A DNA stretch of 14,485 nt from Gemmatimonadota bacterium (lineage in GTDB: Bacteria; Gemmatimonadota; Gemmatimonadetes; Gemmatimonadales; Gemmatimonadaceae): positions 1 to 14,485 of the forward strand of contig JANMLN010000102.1 of assembly GCA_031372565.1 (NCBI GenBank), in the 5' to 3' direction. Both the position numbers and the translations under genes were made by a program. Shown one piece after another: positions 11,751 through 14,485 of the stretch; position 1 is the first letter of the stretch; every line of letters begins with the position of its first letter. Under the pieces are notes generated by a model that made no database searches, was not told where the DNA came from, and saw only the letters and a program-made list of their open reading frames with translations.

Positions 11751-12074
11751 ATGTCACGTCGCCTGAGCACCCCCACGGACCTCGCCGTGTTCCTGTTCGC
11801 CGCACCCCTTCGCGCACGGGTGGGCGTGCCGGCCCCGCGCTCGCTCGCACCGACGCGCGCCAACGGCTTGGTCCGTGTGCGCACCCGCGTCGCCTCGACC
11901 ACGCTCGTGCAGCCGGCCAAGGCCGGCGACAGACCGCGCGGTGTCGCGCTGCTGTTCATCGGCGGCGCCGCACTGCTCGTGAGCGCCCTCATCAGTGGCA
12001 ACGCCGGCACCGCCATCATGGTCTTGGGCGGTGTCGTGGGCGTGATCGGGCTCTGGAACTACGTCAATCAGTAG
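11751..12074 (+). CDS. Small membrane protein with a C-terminal two-helix, Gly-rich hairpin (~107 aa; alternative start 11712)
   Basis: Hydrophobic segments VALLFIGGAALLVSALI and TAIMVLGGVVGVIGLWNYV, plus a weak signal-peptide-like N-terminus. Start codon uncertain. Confidence 0.65.
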   Translation: MSRRLSTPTDLAVFLFAAPLRARVGVPAPRSLAPTRANGLVRVRTRVASTTLVQPAKAGDRPRGVALLFIGGAALLVSALISGNAGTAIMVLGGVVGVIGLWNYVNQ

Positions 12075-12343
12075 GCGCGGCGCGCGTCCTGCTTTGGCGT
12101 GCCCCGGCGCATGATCCCGACCGGGCAGGGATGGAGCTCGTGCCGGTCAACGAGGCGACTGCCGACGGCCGCCACGCCCCACATGACGCTGGCCTAATTC
12201 CCCGTTCAGCCGTTCGTGCGATGGAGCGGGGCGGTCGGCATCCCTACTCTCCCTGCTGTCCACCGGGGTGCCTCGAACAGTCCCCGCGGGCGCCGCGCCA
12301 TGGGCGCACGCTCCACCCACCCACCACCCTTCACGAGGTTCTC

Positions 12344-12538
12344 ATGACCACGCCTCAGGACAAGCTGCACAACAAGATCGACGCCTTGGCCACGAGCGCC
12401 AAGCAGCATGTGGACGCGACGCTGGACAAGGTCGCGCACGCCGCCGACAGCGCGACCACGAAGAGCGCGAAGCTCGTGCACGACGCGAGCGCGAAGGTCG
12501 GTGAGGTGAGCGACAAGGTCAAGAAGATGGCGAAGTAG
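12344..12538 (+). CDS. 64-aa hydrophilic helical protein, LEA/general-stress-like
   Basis: GAGG ribosome-binding site, strong GC3 bias, K/A/D/T-rich, no aromatic residues or Cys, 11-residue periodicity, followed by a terminator. Confidence 0.8.
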   Translation: MTTPQDKLHNKIDALATSAKQHVDATLDKVAHAADSATTKSAKLVHDASAKVGEVSDKVKKMAK

Positions 12539-12577
12539 GCGCAGCGTCGCCCGATACGGGGCCGTGCGCCACACCAT

Positions 12578-12610
12578 GGGTCACCGGGCAACCGGTGGCC
12601 CTTCGTGTAT
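12578..12610 (+). terminator. Intrinsic terminator-like hairpin after the 64-aa gene
   Basis: gggtcaccgg-GCAA-ccggtggccc, a 10-bp stem with one U-G pair and a GNRA loop, followed by ttcgtgtat. Confidence 0.6.
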
Positions 12611-12751
12611 CCGGACTCGGCTGCTGAGCGCGGCCGGCATCCGGTGGGCCCGCTTCGCCCGCAGGTAGTGCGGCCCCACGCGCAACGGCTCCCTCGACAC
12701 TTCGCGATACAGGAACAGCAACGCCGCCAACGCCCGGTTCTGCGCGCTGGC
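12611..12751 (-). pseudogene. intI: Integron integrase (IntI-like tyrosine recombinase) internal fragment
   Basis: Manual translation ASAQNRALAALLFLYREVSREPLRVGPHYLRAKRAHRMPAALSSRVR matches my recalled IntI N-terminal consensus ASTQNQAL.ALLFLY.EVL...RAK.P.RLPVVLS..EV. No start codon and no catalytic domain. Confidence 0.78.
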
Positions 12752-12819
12752 CCGAATGTCACTGCTGGACCTTCGGCCACCTGGGCGACGGCAACCTCCA
12801 CTTCGTCATCCAGGCGGGG
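12742..12819 (+). pseudogene. Fragment of an FAD-linked oxidase C-terminal domain (GlcD/D-2-hydroxyacid dehydrogenase family)
   Basis: Manual translation ARWPECHCWTFGHLGDGNLHFVIQAG contains the family motif FGHxGDGNLH. The rest of the gene is absent. Confidence 0.72.
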
Positions 12820-12858
12820 ACGGCGGCGCGGCAGTGCGCGCGCGTGTCGGATCGCGTG

Positions 12859-14485
12859 CTAGGGCAGGGTGATGGTGTTGCCGCTGCTCAGGGTCACGGC
12901 GCCGTTGCGCGCGAGGGCTCGGCCGAGCAGGGTGGCGTTGTCGTCCATCGTGATGCTGGTCAGCACGATGAGGTTGCCCTTCATGGCACTGGCGGTACCG
13001 AGCGTGGCCGAGGAACCGATGAGCCAGTAGACGTTCTTGGCCTGCGCACCATTGATCAGGGTCACGATCGCCCCGGCGGTGGTGAGGGTACTGCCGGCCT
13101 TGATCACGAACGACGCATTGGGGTCGCCCAGCGCATCGAGGATGACCTCACCCGTGAGTCCCTGCGAGGTCGGCGCGCAGTACACGCTCGGCGTGAGCGT
13201 TTGCCCGCCGAGGTCGGCCACCAGGGTGGTGCCACAGGGCATGGCCACGAGCTGGTTGAACGCCGTGGTGAGGTTCGACTGCGCCGTGATCGCCACAGCG
13301 TCAGCGAGGTGCGTCGTGCCGGTGATGATGCAGGGTGGGAATCCGGTCGTGGTGCTCCCTGGCGAGACGCCAAGGTCGGCGTTGACGGTGCCCGTGCCGA
13401 CGCAGGTGCTGGTGGTTCCGGTGAGGATGCCGTACGTGGCGGCTGTTCCGAGGGGCACCAGGGGCGGTGGCGTGGGAATGATGACGGTGGCGAAGCCGGA
13501 GATGGCGCCGCTGGTGGCGCGGATCGTGTTGGTGAAGGTGCCGTCGATGATGCCCGCGGTGAAGGTCCCGCCGCCGTCGATCGTGCCACCGCTGGCGACG
13601 ACGGCCCAGGTCGGCGAGATCGCAACGACGTTTCCTCCGGCATCGGTGCCAACGGCGGTGAAGGTCTGCGTCGCGCCAATGGCCACCGTGGCGGGGTTCG
13701 GCGTGAGGGTGATCGTGGCGAGCGGTCCGTCGGTCACGATGACGGTCGCCGTGCCAGAGACGGCGCCGCTGGTGGCCTGCACCGTATTCGTGAACGTCCC
13801 CGCGAGCGTGCCGGCGGTGAACAGCCCGCTGCCGGCGCCGATGCTGCCGCCGCTTGCGACCACCGACCAAGTGGGCGTGATCGGCACCACGTTCCCGCCG
13901 GCGTCGGTACCCACGGCCGTGAACAGCTGCGTGCCGTTGATGGCCATCGTTCCGGGGTTGGGCGAGACGGTTACGGTTGCGAGCGCGCCGGCCGTCACGA
14001 TCGCGGTCGCCGTGCCCGAGACGGCGCCGCTCGTGGCCTGCACCGTATTCGTGAACGTCCCTGCGAGCGTGCCCGCGGTGAATAGCCCGCTGCCGGCGCC
14101 GATGCTGCCACCGCTCGCGACGACCGACCACACCGGCGTGATCGGCACCACGTTCCCGCCGGCGTCGGTGCCCACGGCCGTGTAGAGCTGCGTGCCGTTG
14201 ATGGCCATCGTGCCAGGGTTCGGCGAGACGGTCACGGTCGCCAAGGCGCCGGCGGTGACGATCACGGTGGCCGTTCCGGAGACGGCACCGCTCGTGGCAC
14301 GCACGGTGTTCGTGAAGGTGCCCGCAAGAGTCCCAGCGGTGAAGAGCCCGCTCCCGGCGCCGATCGAGCCGCCGCTCGCGACCACCGACCACACCGGCGT
14401 AATGGGTACGACGTTGCCGCCAATGTCCGTACCGACCGCCGTGAAGAGCTGCGTGCCGGAGATGGCCATCGTGCCGGGGTTCGGC
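12859..14485 (-). CDS. Second Ig-like-repeat / DUF3494 ice-binding-like protein, 5'-partial
   Basis: The frame is open to the window edge (PNPGTMAISG...), so the ATG at 14469 is internal to a repeat. At least 4 repeats, then a TPPP linker and DUF3494 motifs DLGGQTLTPSVY, LDALGDPNASFVI, LINGAQAKNVYW, GRALARNGAVTL. Confidence 0.92.
   Translation of the reverse strand, partial: PNPGTMAISGTQLFTAVGTDIGGNVVPITPVWSVVASGGSIGAGSGLFTAGTLAGTFTNTVRATSGAVSGTATVIVTAGALATVTVSPNPGTMAINGTQLYTAVGTDAGGNVVPITPVWSVVASGGSIGAGSGLFTAGTLAGTFTNTVQATSGAVSGTATAIVTAGALATVTVSPNPGTMAINGTQLFTAVGTDAGGNVVPITPTWSVVASGGSIGAGSGLFTAGTLAGTFTNTVQATSGAVSGTATVIVTDGPLATITLTPNPATVAIGATQTFTAVGTDAGGNVVAISPTWAVVASGGTIDGGGTFTAGIIDGTFTNTIRATSGAISGFATVIIPTPPPLVPLGTAATYGILTGTTSTCVGTGTVNADLGVSPGSTTTGFPPCIITGTTHLADAVAITAQSNLTTAFNQLVAMPCGTTLVADLGGQTLTPSVYCAPTSQGLTGEVILDALGDPNASFVIKAGSTLTTAGAIVTLINGAQAKNVYWLIGSSATLGTASAMKGNLIVLTSITMDDNATLLGRALARNGAVTLSSGNTITLP
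13474..14485 (-). repeat. Tandem 261-nt (87-aa) Ig-like repeats: three near-identical plus one diverged
   Basis: gatggccatc recurs at 13939, 14200 and 14461. Confidence 0.92.

Noticed and set aside
10590..12538. 494-aa (10590-12074) and 330-aa (11546-12538) plus-strand ORFs
   Set aside because: Only their C-terminal ends look protein-like. These ends are annotated separately as the small genes at 11751 and 12344.
9130..14485. Periodic repeats as a CRISPR array or diversity-generating retroelement template/variable repeats
   Set aside because: The repeats are in-frame ~260-nt coding units whose differences are mostly synonymous and not adenine-specific. There are no spacers, cas genes or reverse transcriptase in the window.

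Overview
High-GC bacterial DNA; Gemmatimonadota is a guess from protein style and was not tested. The left half is a signalling cluster: a 5'-truncated multi-PAS hybrid histidine kinase, a co-oriented REC-GGDEF(degenerate)-EAL phosphodiesterase, and a convergent CHASE3/3xPAS hybrid kinase. The right half is mostly on the minus strand. It holds two paralogous proteins made of tandem ~86-aa Ig-like repeats capped by a C-terminal DUF3494 ice-binding-like domain. One is a complete lipoprotein followed by an OmpA-family gene, and the other is cut by the window edge. Between them lie four small ORFs, including a 64-aa LEA-like 11-mer repeat protein. There is also a scar the ORF track does not show, in which an integron-integrase fragment (minus strand) abuts an FAD-linked oxidase fragment (plus strand). 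Working hypothesis: a freezing/surface-adhesion locus, possibly under c-di-GMP control. No rRNA, tRNA, CRISPR array or intact mobile element was seen.
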